A stretch of DNA of 64,000 nucleotides from Trypanosoma brucei (lineage: Eukaryota). The position numbers were made by a program, and so were the translations under genes. Below, piece by piece: positions 11,201-18,622 of the stretch (its first letter is position 1; each line of letters starts with the position of its first letter). The notes beneath the pieces were generated by a model. The model saw only the letters and a program-made list of their open reading frames with translations, was not told the origin of the DNA and ran no database searches. The stretch is taken from assembly GCA_000002445.1 (NCBI GenBank), contig CP000067.1, positions 512,001 through 576,000 on the forward strand, written 5' to 3'.

Positions 11201-14200
11201 TTCATTCAAAGCTCGCAATGAATCAAGTTCTTCCTCCATGGCAGCATGAGTACGTTGCAGAGTTTCATACTGTTCATTCAAAGCTCGCAATGAATCAAGT
11301 TCTTCCTCCATGGCAGCATGAGTACGTTGCAGAGTTTCATACTGTTCATTCAAAGCTCGCAATGAATCAAGTTCTTCCTCCATGGCAGCATTAGTACGTT
11401 GCAGAGTTTCATACTGTTCATTCAAAGCTCGCAATGAATCAAGTTCATCCTCCATAGCAGCGTTGGCACGCTGCAGAGTTTCATACTGTTCATTCACAGC
11501 TCGCAATGAATCAAGTTCATCTTCCATGGCAGCATTGGTACGTTGCAGAGTTTCATACTGTTCATTCACAGCTCGCAATGAATCAAGTTCATCCTCCATG
11601 GCAGCATTGGTACGTTGCAGAGTTTCATACTGTTCATTCACAGCTCGTAATGAATCAAGTTCATCTTCCATGGCAGCATTGGTACGTTGCAGAGTTTCAT
11701 ACTGTTCATTCAAAGCTCGCAATGAATCAAGTTCATCTTCCATGGCAGCATTTAAATGCCGAAGTTCCTCAAGCTCCTCATTCACGGCCTTCTCTTCTTT
11801 AGATTGCTCTCTTATACCCTCATCAAGTTCCTCAAGTCGGCTGAGATGTCGTTGAAGTGTTGATTCTTCTGTGGTTTCATGAGCTCCGCCAGCGGTGCCG
11901 CTATTGTTAGCAGGCTTTTTATACTCCTCCATGACGCAATTGATTATTTCCCTTGATTTCTCCTTGATAAATTCGCAACGATATTCTGCCACTTCCTTGA
12001 GTCGTTCAATCTCCTTTAACTTCCTCTCTAGGTTGAGAATCTGCCCGGTCATTGTACTTATAACGTTCCCACTTTCATTGCATTCCCTCTTAAATTCCCT
12101 ATAGACGTTCAAGATATCTAGATCCTCAGCAACAACATCTCGCAATGAATCGAGTTCTTCCTCCATGGCAGCATTAGTACGCTGCAGAGTTTCATACTGT
12201 TCATTCACAGCTCGCAATGAATCAAGTTCATCTTCCATGGCAGCATTGGTACGTTGCAGAGTTTCATACTGTTCATTCAAAGCTCGCAATGAATCAAGTT
12301 CTTCCTCCATGGCAGCATTAGTACGTTGAAGAGTTTCATACTGTTCATTCGCAGCTCGCAATGAATCAAGTTCATCTTCCATGGCAGCATTGGTACGTTG
12401 CAGAGTTTCGTACTGTTCATTCGCAGCTCGCAATGAATCAAGTTCATCTTCCATGGCAGCATTAGTACGTTGCAGAGTTTCATACTGTTCATTCAAAGCT
12501 CGCAATGAATCAAGTTCTTCCTCCATGGCAGCATTAGTACGTTGAAGAGTTTCATACTGTTCATTCGCAGCTCGCAATGAATCAAGTTCTTCCTCCATGG
12601 CAGCATTGGTACGTTGCAGAGTTTCGTACTGTTCATTCACAGCTCGCAATGAATCAAGTTCTTCCTCCATGGCAGCATTAGTACGTTGCAGAGTTTCATA
12701 CTGTTCATTCGCAGCTCGCAATGAATCAAGTTCTTCCTCCATGGCAGCATTAGTACGTTGCAGAGTTTCATACTGTTCATTCGCAGCTCGCAATGAATCA
12801 AGTTCTTCCTCCATGGCAGCATTGGCACGCTGCAGAGTTTCATACTGTTCATTCGCAGCTCGCAATGAATCAAGTTCATCTTCCATGGCAGCATTGGTAC
12901 GTTGCAGAGTTTCATACTGTTCATTCAAAGCTCGCAATGAATCAAGTTCTTCCTCCATGGCAGCATTAGTACGTTGCAGAGTTTCATACTGTTCATTCAA
13001 AGCTCGCAGCGAATCAAGTTCATCCTCCATAGCAGCATTGGTACGTTGTAGAGCTTCATACTGTTCATTCACAGCTCGCAGCGAATCAAGTTCTTCCTCC
13101 ATGGCAGCATTAGTACGTTGTAGAGTTTCATACTGTTCATTCACAGCTCGCAGCGAATCAAGTTCATCCTCCATAGCAGCATTGGTACGTTGTAGAGCTT
13201 CATACTGTTCATTCACAGCTCTCAGTGAATCAAGTTCTTCCTCCATGGCAGCATTGGTACGTTGTAGAGCTTCATACTGTTCATTCACAGCTCTCAGTGA
13301 ATCAAGTTCTTCCTCCATGGCAGCATTAGTACGTTGTAGAGTTTCATACTGTTCATTCACAGCTCGCAATGAATCAAGTTCTTCCTCCATGGCAGCATTG
13401 GTACGTTGCAGAGTTTCATACTGTTCATTCACAGCTCTCAATGAATCAAGTTCATCCTCCATGGCAGCATTGGTACGTTGCAGAGTTTCATACTGTTCAT
13501 TCAAAGCTCGCAATGAATCAAGTTCTTCCTCCATGGCAGCATTAGTACGTTGCAGAGTTTCATACTGTTCATTCAAAGCTCGCAGCGAATCAAGTTCATC
13601 CTCCATAGCAGCATTGGTACGTTGTAGAGCTTCATACTGTTCATTCACAGCTCGCAGCGAATCAAGTTCTTCCTCCATGGCAGCATTAGTACGTTGTAGA
13701 GTTTCATACTGTTCATTCACAGCTCGCAGCGAATCAAGTTCATCCTCCATAGCAGCATTGGTACGTTGTAGAGCTTCATACTGTTCATTCACAGCTCTCA
13801 GTGAATCAAGTTCTTCCTCCATGGCAGCATTGGTACGTTGTAGAGCTTCATACTGTTCATTCACAGCTCTCAGTGAATCAAGTTCTTCCTCCATGGCAGC
13901 ATTAGTACGTTGTAGAGTTTCATACTGTTCATTCACAGCTCGCAATGAATCAAGTTCTTCCTCCATGGCAGCATTGGTACGTTGCAGAGTTTCATACTGT
14001 TCATTCACAGCTCTCAATGAATCAAGTTCATCCTCCATGGCAGCATTGGTACGTTGCAGAGTTTCATACTGTTCATTCACAGCTCGCAATGAATCAAGTT
14101 CATCCTCCATGGCAGCATGAGTACGTTGCAGAGTTTCATACTGTTCATTCACAGCTCGCAATGAATCAAGTTCATCCTCCATGGCAGCATTGGTACGTTG

Positions 14201-17200
14201 CAGAGTTTCATACTGTTCATTCAAAGCTCGTAATGAATCAAGTTCTTCCTCCATGGCAGCATTAGTACGTTGTAGAGTTTCATACTGTTCATTCACAGCT
14301 CGCAATGAATCAAGTTCATCCTCCATAGCAGCATTGGTACGTTGCAGAGTTTCATACTGTTCATTCAAAGCTCGTAATGAATCAAGTTCTTCCTCCATGG
14401 CAGCATTAGTACGTTGAAGAGTTTCATACTGTTCATTCGCAGCTCGTAACGAATCAAGTTCATCCTCCATGGCAGCATTGGTACGTTGCAGAGTTTCATA
14501 CTGTTCCTTCAAAGCTCTCAGTGAATCAAGTTCATCCTCCATGGCAGCATTAGTACGTTGCAGAGTTTCATACTGTTCATTCGCAGCTCTCAGTGAATCA
14601 AGTTCATCCTCCATGGCAGCATTAGTACGTTGAAGAGTTTCATACTGTTCATTCAAAGCTCTCAGTGAATCAAGTTCATCCTCCATGGCAGCATGAGTAC
14701 GTTGAAGAGTTTCATACTGTTCATTCGCAGCTCTCAGTGAATCAAGTTCTTCCTCCATGGCAGCATTAGTACGTTGAAGAGTTTCATACTGTTCATTCAA
14801 AGCTCGCAATGAATCAAGTTCATCTTCCATAACAGCATTAGTACGTTGCAGAGTTTCATACTGCTCATTCAAAGCTCTCAGTGAATCAAGTTCTTCCTCC
14901 ATGGCAGCATTAGTACGTTGAAGAGTTTCATACTGTTCATTCGCAGCTCTCAGTGAATCAAGTTCTTCCTCCATGGCAGCATTAGTACGTTGTAGAGTTT
15001 CATACTGTTCATTCGCAGCTCTCAGTGAATCAAGTTCATTCTGTATTTTATCGTTTGTTGTTCTATCTTCTTTCAGTTGCTTTGGTGTAGCTTGCAGTGG
15101 TTGTTGTTCAATAGCTACTCTGGTGTCTTTATTGCTGTCTTCTTTATACTGTTCATTCAAAGCTCTCAGTGAATCGAGTTCATTTATTATATCTTCGTTG
15201 GTGCGGCGGAGATTTTCATATTGTTCATTCACAGCTCTCAGTGAATCAAGTTCTTCCTCCATGTTGGGGTCGAAGTGCCGCGTGCTTCTTCCTCTTTTTT
15301 TTAATGCCCGTAAATACTCGAGTTGAGCTTCTACTTCGGCATTCAGTTGCTGAAGTATTTTGTACTCTTCTGTGTATTTTCTTTTTTCTGCTATATCGCG
15401 TTCATCGTCAATAATCTTCTCTTTTGTGTTTTTTTCCTGTTTTTTCAGTATACGATGCGTAGGTTGATCTTTTTCGGCACTTATGTTTACATGCTGCAGA
15501 GTTTCACACTGTTCTTTGAAAGCTCGTAACAACTTAAGCTCATTCCCCATATCCTCATTTGTCCGTCTTGCTGCTTTAAGTTCCTTTTGAACGACCCACA
15601 GTGGTTGGTTGCCAACTCCAATATCAGCAGTGGTACGTTGCAGAGCTTCATACTGTTCATTCGCAGCTCGTAACGAATCAAGTTCATCCTCCATGGCAGC
15701 ATTGGTACGTTGCATAGCTTCATACTGTTCATTCACAGCTCGCAATGAATCAAGTTCATCCTCCATAGCAGCATTGGTACGTTGCATAGCTTCATACTGT
15801 TCATTCACAGCTCTCAATGAATCAAGTTCATCCTCTATGGCAGCATTGGTACGTTGCATAGCTTCATACTGTTCATTCACAGCTCTCAATGAATCAAGTT
15901 CATCCTCTATGGCAGCATTGGTACGTTGCATAGCTTCATACTGTTCATTCACAGCTCGCAACGAATCAAGTTCATCCTCCATGGCAGCATTGGTACGTTG
16001 CAGAGTTTCATACTGTTCATTCACAGCTCGCAATGAATCAAGTTCATCCTCCATAGCAGCATTGGTACGTTGCATAGCTTCATACTGTTCATTCACAGCT
16101 CTCAATGAATCAAGTTCATCCTCCATGGCAGCATTGGTACGTTGCAGAGTTTCATACTGTTCATTCAAAGCTCGCAATGAATCAAGTTCTTCCTCCATGG
16201 CAGCATTAGTACGTTGCAGAGTTTCATACTGTTCATTCACAGCTCGTAATGAATCAAGTTCATCCTCTATGGCAGCATTGGTACGTTGCATAGCTTCATA
16301 CTGTTCATTCACAGCTCTCAATGAATCAAGTTCATCCTCTATGGCAGCATTGGTACGTTGCGCGGTATCTTTGTTGACTGTGCTTTCAATGGAAATTATA
16401 CGCTGTTGTTGTTGCTGAGACTGGCTCTCTACGTCAGCGGCAAACTCTGTACAACATTGAGTTGGGTTTGACTCCTTCGTTTTTTTTATTTTTGGGGATG
16501 GCTGTTGTTTTTTGCTTCTTTTATGTGGTGTTTGGTCGGCTTTATACTTTGTTAACTTGAGGTGCTCTCGGGCCTCCTTACTGTCCGCTTGTGTTTTGCG
16601 TACTTTATGTGTTTTATCCTTTTCCTCTCTGCTTATTTTTGTTGCTACTTCTTTTTTACTCTTTTTGTGATCAACTGCCGTTCGTGCGGTAAGCTTTTTT
16701 GTAGTGCGTGCCCCTTCTTCCCTATCGCTTGTGACTGAATTGCTGCTAATGTTTGCTGCTGATGGCAACCTCTTTAGTATTTCTCCCCCCTCGTTTGTGT
16801 ATGTCTTGTCTTCATTTTCTTTGGGGAGGTGTGTGTCACTCTGGGAACGAGGGGAATCTGTGTGCTCTTGTGCTTCTGAAGAAATTATAGCTGTCCCCTT
16901 CCCTTTCTTCTTCGCTGCAGTTGCTTTGGTGGATGTCTTGGATAAACGTGACTGCTTACCGGTATCGTGATCCCCAGTAGCGTCGACATCCGTATTAGCT
17001 GCTGCCGTGTGTGTGTCTTTTGTATTTGTTACCCGACTGTGCGCTGACCGAGCCGCGTCGCTTTGCGAAAACCCGCACATCCCCTTGTCATCCTTTTCCT
17101 CATCAGCCGTAACAACCAGGGGGCCGTGCCGACCTGTGTGAATCGCTGCATTGGTGGACTTTCTTTCCTGATCGGGGACCATCCCGTGTCGGTCGTCCAA

Positions 17201-18622
17201 TCCCTCCTCCATACTGTTTCTCTCCTCCAGGAACCGTTGGAGTTCGATTGTATGCTTGAAGCTCCCTTCAGAACAAGGAAGTTGGTTATGTTGCGTGGAA
17301 ACATCCTCTCCTTGTGTAGCGACCAATAAACCTCCTTCATCGATAGCGTTTTGCAGCTTCTTTATTATTCCCTCCAACATATCATTGGTCCTTTGAAGCT
17401 CCTCAAGGGAATGGATCAACTCGCCCTGTCGCCTCGCAGACTCTTCCTCCGCCTTCTGAGCCTCTTCCAACTGGCCTCGGAGGACTTTGTTCTCTCTCTC
17501 ACAAATAGCCAACTGTTGCAGAAGCGTTCTGTTTTCACTCCGAATGTTCTCCATTTCTGTTCGAAGTTCAGCCGCATCCTTCTCCACAACCTTTATTCGT
17601 TCGTCCTCGTCGACACTGTGCTGACCACGTTCTAACGAAGCGTCACTGCACGCTCCCACAACATCCGGCTTACTAGAAGACAAGCCCACCTTGTTTTTGG
17701 AATTCACATACTTGAGGCTGTCGGATTGCAACGTGATGTACCTCCACAGCTCTGACCGGTGAATTGTCGCTATTTTGGGGATGCTGCCTTCTATCAACGC
17801 TGTCGGGATGATAGAAGATCGAAGAATGGTTTTCTCTGGCATCGGTAGGTCATCGAGGGCGTTCCCCCCTTCAACCGCCGCAAGACGATCCTGAATATCC
17901 CTGATAGCAAGGACAATACGTTCCAGATGTTCTTGGGAAGATGCAGCTAGCGTAGTGGCTGCCACATGGTTATGATTCACGTAGTTTAGCTGAGCCTTCA
18001 CCCATTGATGGAGTGGCCCCGCAGCACGTGACGCCACCGAAGCATCGTCGTCGCTGATATCGTTGCTCCTGCAGCGCTTGATGATCTCGTTTCGGCGCTC
18101 GGGAGGCAGCTTTGAAGGGTCAAAACTGAGGACACGTGCTATAAAGCCCGGTTGCCTGAGTTGTGCGCGCAGCTCAGCCCAAGTAGAGGTGGGTAAAGTG
18201 ATACCCAATATAATGAGAATGTCATCCAATATTTTCCTTACAATGGGCGGTGGTGACACATATGACTGAAGCTCTCGGAAGCAAGCACCTTCGATTCCTT
18301 CAACCATGGTGTTAGCACGCTCAACTTGGATTCTCAACGATGCGATACGCTCCTCCTCAACGGCTGCTCTTCCATTCCGTAGTTGTTGGCGTAGTGCAAG
18401 CAGTTGCTCTTTATATGCGGTTGCCCTCTCATCCACGTCTTGTGAAGGGCTATTGTTTGCTACGGAAACACGAGCCACATAATCGGAAAGAAATGTTACA
18501 TACCCCTTCTCGTAGCACCAAGAATCGTCTCTCAGCGTATCAAACGCAACTAAGTCACCGACAGAGACGACATCAGATTTCACTTGAGATAATACTGATT
18601 CATCAAACTCCAAGATCTCCAT
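5255..18622 (-). CDS. Giant repetitive coiled-coil protein (4455 aa) with an N-terminal dynein-stalk microtubule-binding-like domain and ~140 copies of a 24-aa repeat
   Basis: A single uninterrupted 13,368-nt ORF. The N-terminus (aa ~75–250) aligns by eye to dynein heavy chain CC1–MTBD–CC2 (YVSPPPIVRKILDDILIILG…TWAELRAQLRQPGFIARVLSFDPSKLPPERRNEIIKRCRSNDIS…ASRAAGPLHQWVKAQLNYV). The middle is a 24-aa repeat, consensus roughly AMEEELDSLRALNEQYETLQRTNA. The C-terminus is ~330 aa of unique sequence. This position between ALBA and CC2D matches my recollection of a T. brucei 'antigenic protein, putative'. Confidence 0.85.
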   Translation of the reverse strand: MEILEFDESVLSQVKSDVVSVGDLVAFDTLRDDSWCYEKGYVTFLSDYVARVSVANNSPSQDVDERATAYKEQLLALRQQLRNGRAAVEEERIASLRIQVERANTMVEGIEGACFRELQSYVSPPPIVRKILDDILIILGITLPTSTWAELRAQLRQPGFIARVLSFDPSKLPPERRNEIIKRCRSNDISDDDASVASRAAGPLHQWVKAQLNYVNHNHVAATTLAASSQEHLERIVLAIRDIQDRLAAVEGGNALDDLPMPEKTILRSSIIPTALIEGSIPKIATIHRSELWRYITLQSDSLKYVNSKNKVGLSSSKPDVVGACSDASLERGQHSVDEDERIKVVEKDAAELRTEMENIRSENRTLLQQLAICERENKVLRGQLEEAQKAEEESARRQGELIHSLEELQRTNDMLEGIIKKLQNAIDEGGLLVATQGEDVSTQHNQLPCSEGSFKHTIELQRFLEERNSMEEGLDDRHGMVPDQERKSTNAAIHTGRHGPLVVTADEEKDDKGMCGFSQSDAARSAHSRVTNTKDTHTAAANTDVDATGDHDTGKQSRLSKTSTKATAAKKKGKGTAIISSEAQEHTDSPRSQSDTHLPKENEDKTYTNEGGEILKRLPSAANISSNSVTSDREEGARTTKKLTARTAVDHKKSKKEVATKISREEKDKTHKVRKTQADSKEAREHLKLTKYKADQTPHKRSKKQQPSPKIKKTKESNPTQCCTEFAADVESQSQQQQQRIISIESTVNKDTAQRTNAAIEDELDSLRAVNEQYEAMQRTNAAIEDELDSLRAVNEQYETLQRTNAAMEEELDSLRALNEQYETLQRTNAAMEDELDSLRAVNEQYEAMQRTNAAMEDELDSLRAVNEQYETLQRTNAAMEDELDSLRAVNEQYEAMQRTNAAIEDELDSLRAVNEQYEAMQRTNAAIEDELDSLRAVNEQYEAMQRTNAAMEDELDSLRAVNEQYEAMQRTNAAMEDELDSLRAANEQYEALQRTTADIGVGNQPLWVVQKELKAARRTNEDMGNELKLLRAFKEQCETLQHVNISAEKDQPTHRILKKQEKNTKEKIIDDERDIAEKRKYTEEYKILQQLNAEVEAQLEYLRALKKRGRSTRHFDPNMEEELDSLRAVNEQYENLRRTNEDIINELDSLRALNEQYKEDSNKDTRVAIEQQPLQATPKQLKEDRTTNDKIQNELDSLRAANEQYETLQRTNAAMEEELDSLRAANEQYETLQRTNAAMEEELDSLRALNEQYETLQRTNAVMEDELDSLRALNEQYETLQRTNAAMEEELDSLRAANEQYETLQRTHAAMEDELDSLRALNEQYETLQRTNAAMEDELDSLRAANEQYETLQRTNAAMEDELDSLRALKEQYETLQRTNAAMEDELDSLRAANEQYETLQRTNAAMEEELDSLRALNEQYETLQRTNAAMEDELDSLRAVNEQYETLQRTNAAMEEELDSLRALNEQYETLQRTNAAMEDELDSLRAVNEQYETLQRTHAAMEDELDSLRAVNEQYETLQRTNAAMEDELDSLRAVNEQYETLQRTNAAMEEELDSLRAVNEQYETLQRTNAAMEEELDSLRAVNEQYEALQRTNAAMEEELDSLRAVNEQYEALQRTNAAMEDELDSLRAVNEQYETLQRTNAAMEEELDSLRAVNEQYEALQRTNAAMEDELDSLRALNEQYETLQRTNAAMEEELDSLRALNEQYETLQRTNAAMEDELDSLRAVNEQYETLQRTNAAMEEELDSLRAVNEQYETLQRTNAAMEEELDSLRAVNEQYEALQRTNAAMEEELDSLRAVNEQYEALQRTNAAMEDELDSLRAVNEQYETLQRTNAAMEEELDSLRAVNEQYEALQRTNAAMEDELDSLRALNEQYETLQRTNAAMEEELDSLRALNEQYETLQRTNAAMEDELDSLRAANEQYETLQRANAAMEEELDSLRAANEQYETLQRTNAAMEEELDSLRAANEQYETLQRTNAAMEEELDSLRAVNEQYETLQRTNAAMEEELDSLRAANEQYETLQRTNAAMEEELDSLRALNEQYETLQRTNAAMEDELDSLRAANEQYETLQRTNAAMEDELDSLRAANEQYETLQRTNAAMEEELDSLRALNEQYETLQRTNAAMEDELDSLRAVNEQYETLQRTNAAMEEELDSLRDVVAEDLDILNVYREFKRECNESGNVISTMTGQILNLERKLKEIERLKEVAEYRCEFIKEKSREIINCVMEEYKKPANNSGTAGGAHETTEESTLQRHLSRLEELDEGIREQSKEEKAVNEELEELRHLNAAMEDELDSLRALNEQYETLQRTNAAMEDELDSLRAVNEQYETLQRTNAAMEDELDSLRAVNEQYETLQRTNAAMEDELDSLRAVNEQYETLQRANAAMEDELDSLRALNEQYETLQRTNAAMEEELDSLRALNEQYETLQRTHAAMEEELDSLRALNEQYETLQRTHAAMEEELDSLRALNEQYETLQRTNAAMEEELDSLRALNEQYETLQRTNAAMEEELDSLRALNEQYETLQRANAAMEDELDSLRALNEQYETLQRTNAAMEDELDSLRAVNEQYETLQRTNAAMEEELDSLRDVVAEDLDILNVYREFKRECNESGNVISTMTGQILNLERKLKEIERLKEVAEYRCEFIKEKSREIINCVMEEYKKPANNSGTAGGAHETTEESTLQRHLSRLEELDEGIREQSKEEKAVNEELEELRHLNAAMEDELDSLRALNEQYETLQRTNAAMEDELDSLRAVNEQYETLQRTNAAMEDELDSLRAVNEQYETLQRTNAAMEDELDSLRAVNEQYETLQRANAAMEDELDSLRALNEQYETLQRTNAAMEEELDSLRALNEQYETLQRTHAAMEEELDSLRALNEQYETLQRTHAAMEEELDSLRALNEQYETLQRTNAAMEEELDSLRALNEQYETLQRTNAAMEEELDSLRALNEQYETLQRANAAMEDELDSLRALNEQYETLQRTNAAMEDELDSLRAVNEQYETLQRTNAAMEEELDSLRDVVAEDLDILNVYREFKRECNESGNVISTMTGQILNLERKLKEIERLKEVAEYRCEFIKEKSREIINCVMEEYKKPANNSGTAGGAHETTEESTLQRHLSRLEELDEGIREQSKEEKAVNEELEELRHLNAAMEDELDSLRALNEQYETLQRTNAAMEDELDSLRAVNEQYETLQRTNAAMEDELDSLRAVNEQYETLQRTNAAMEDELDSLRAVNEQYETLQRANAAMEDELDSLRALNEQYETLQRTHAAMEEELDSLRALNEQYETLQRTHAAMEEELDSLRALNEQYETLQRTNAAMEEELDSLRALNEQYETLQRANAAMEDELDSLRALNEQYETLQRTNAAMEDELDSLRAVNEQYETLQRTNAAMEEELDSLRDVVAEDLDILNVYREFKRECNESGNVISTMTGQILNLERKLKEIERLKEVAEYRCEFIKEKSREIINCVMEEYKKPANNSGTAGGAHETTEESTLQRHLSRLEELDEGIREQSKEEKAVNEELEELRHLNAAMGDELDSLRALNEQYETLQRANAAMEDELDSLRAVNEQYETLQRTNAAMEDELDSLRALNEQYETLQRTNAAMEDELDSLRAVNEQYETLQRTNAAMEDELDSLRAVNEQYETLQRTNAAMEDELDSLRAVNEQYETLQRANAAMEEELDSLRALNEQYETLQRTNAAMEDELDSLRAVNEQYETLQRTNAAMEDELDSLRDVVAEYETLQRTNAAMEEELDSLRALNEQYETLQRANAAMEEELDSLRALNEQYETLQRTNAAMEDELDSLRAVNEQYETLQRTNAAMEEELDSLRDVVAEDLDILNVYREFKRECNESGNVISTMTGQILNLERKLKEIERLKEVAEYRCEFIKEKSREIINCVMEEYKKPANNSGTAGGAHETTEESTLQRHLSRLEELDEGIREQSKEEKAVNEELEELRHLNAAMEDELDSLRALNEQYETLQRTNAAMEDELDSLRALNEQYETLQRTNAAMEDELDSLRALNEQYETLQRTNAAMEEELDSLRALNEQYETLQRTNAAMEEELDSLRAANEQYEAVRRSNSDMEDELKSLRALNEQYETLQRSNTAMEDELKSLRSLNEQYEAARRSNSAMEDELKSLRALNEQYEAARRSNSDMEDELKSLRALNEQYETLQRSNTAMEDELKSLRSLNEQYEAARRSNSAMEDELKSLRALNEKYEALQCTNVCGSAVNDFAYSTVDNMNVKVSKDSAFLCEKTVGHCVADALRVMGCRVVSDDHDVVFLKSGNVGGAISSNVLCPVDGSNSLFGGGVDLDRRGATEGAGGDAGTCVPPLKVKEEVGFPLSSALAASRCEEDDAVVSKINDDCGSLCVSYRGGSGDAFEGSSLLSSLSDVNDCHLCSVLAKRVLKLRESIRVQEETMKYYVESQEELRKCNDLVIKRLEDEVKALREELRGNEA
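5955..16420 (-). repeat. Tandem array of a 72-bp (24-codon) in-frame coding repeat, ~140 copies (~10.4 kb)
   Basis: The plus strand shows the 72-mer 'ccatggcagcattggtacgttgcagagtttcatactgttcattcacagctcgcaatgaatcaagttcatcctc' iterated. Copies near the centre are almost identical; copies at both edges are degenerate (E→K, A/V/L and T/A variants). Confidence 0.95.
6710..12140 (-). repeat. Higher-order tandem repeat: 5 copies of a ~1287-bp unit (one copy 1143 bp)
   Basis: Each unit is a ~130-aa unique block plus ~12 of the 72-bp repeats. Identical plus-strand 69-aa ORFs recur at 6891, 8178, 9321, 10608 and 11895 (spacing 1287, 1143, 1287, 1287). Identical 98/157-aa ORFs recur at 8932, 10219 and 11506. 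The units starting at 9321, 10608 and 11895 appear essentially base-identical. The protein shows the block 'DVVAEDLDILNVYREFKRECNESGNV…LEELRHLN' five times plus one truncated junction ('DVVAEYETLQ'). Confidence 0.9.

Noticed and set aside
12597-14120. Long plus-strand ORFs antisense to the giant gene's repeat array. The longest is 507 aa at 12597..14120; others include 325 aa at 7161..8138. They are Ser/Cys/Arg-rich, of the form 'MAALVRCRVSYCSFTARNESSSSS'.
   Set aside because: These are open frames of the reverse complement of the 72-bp coding repeat. A stop-free frame is copied ~140 times, so long antisense ORFs arise automatically. Their composition is not protein-like, and the sense-strand protein carries recognisable domains at both ends.
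5955-16420. Possibility that the highly regular tandem repeat is a CRISPR array or satellite DNA.
   Set aside because: There are no unique spacers between repeats. The repeat is 72 bp, in-frame and encodes coiled-coil heptads inside a 13.4 kb ORF. The genome context is eukaryotic (trypanosomatid), so it is a coding minisatellite.
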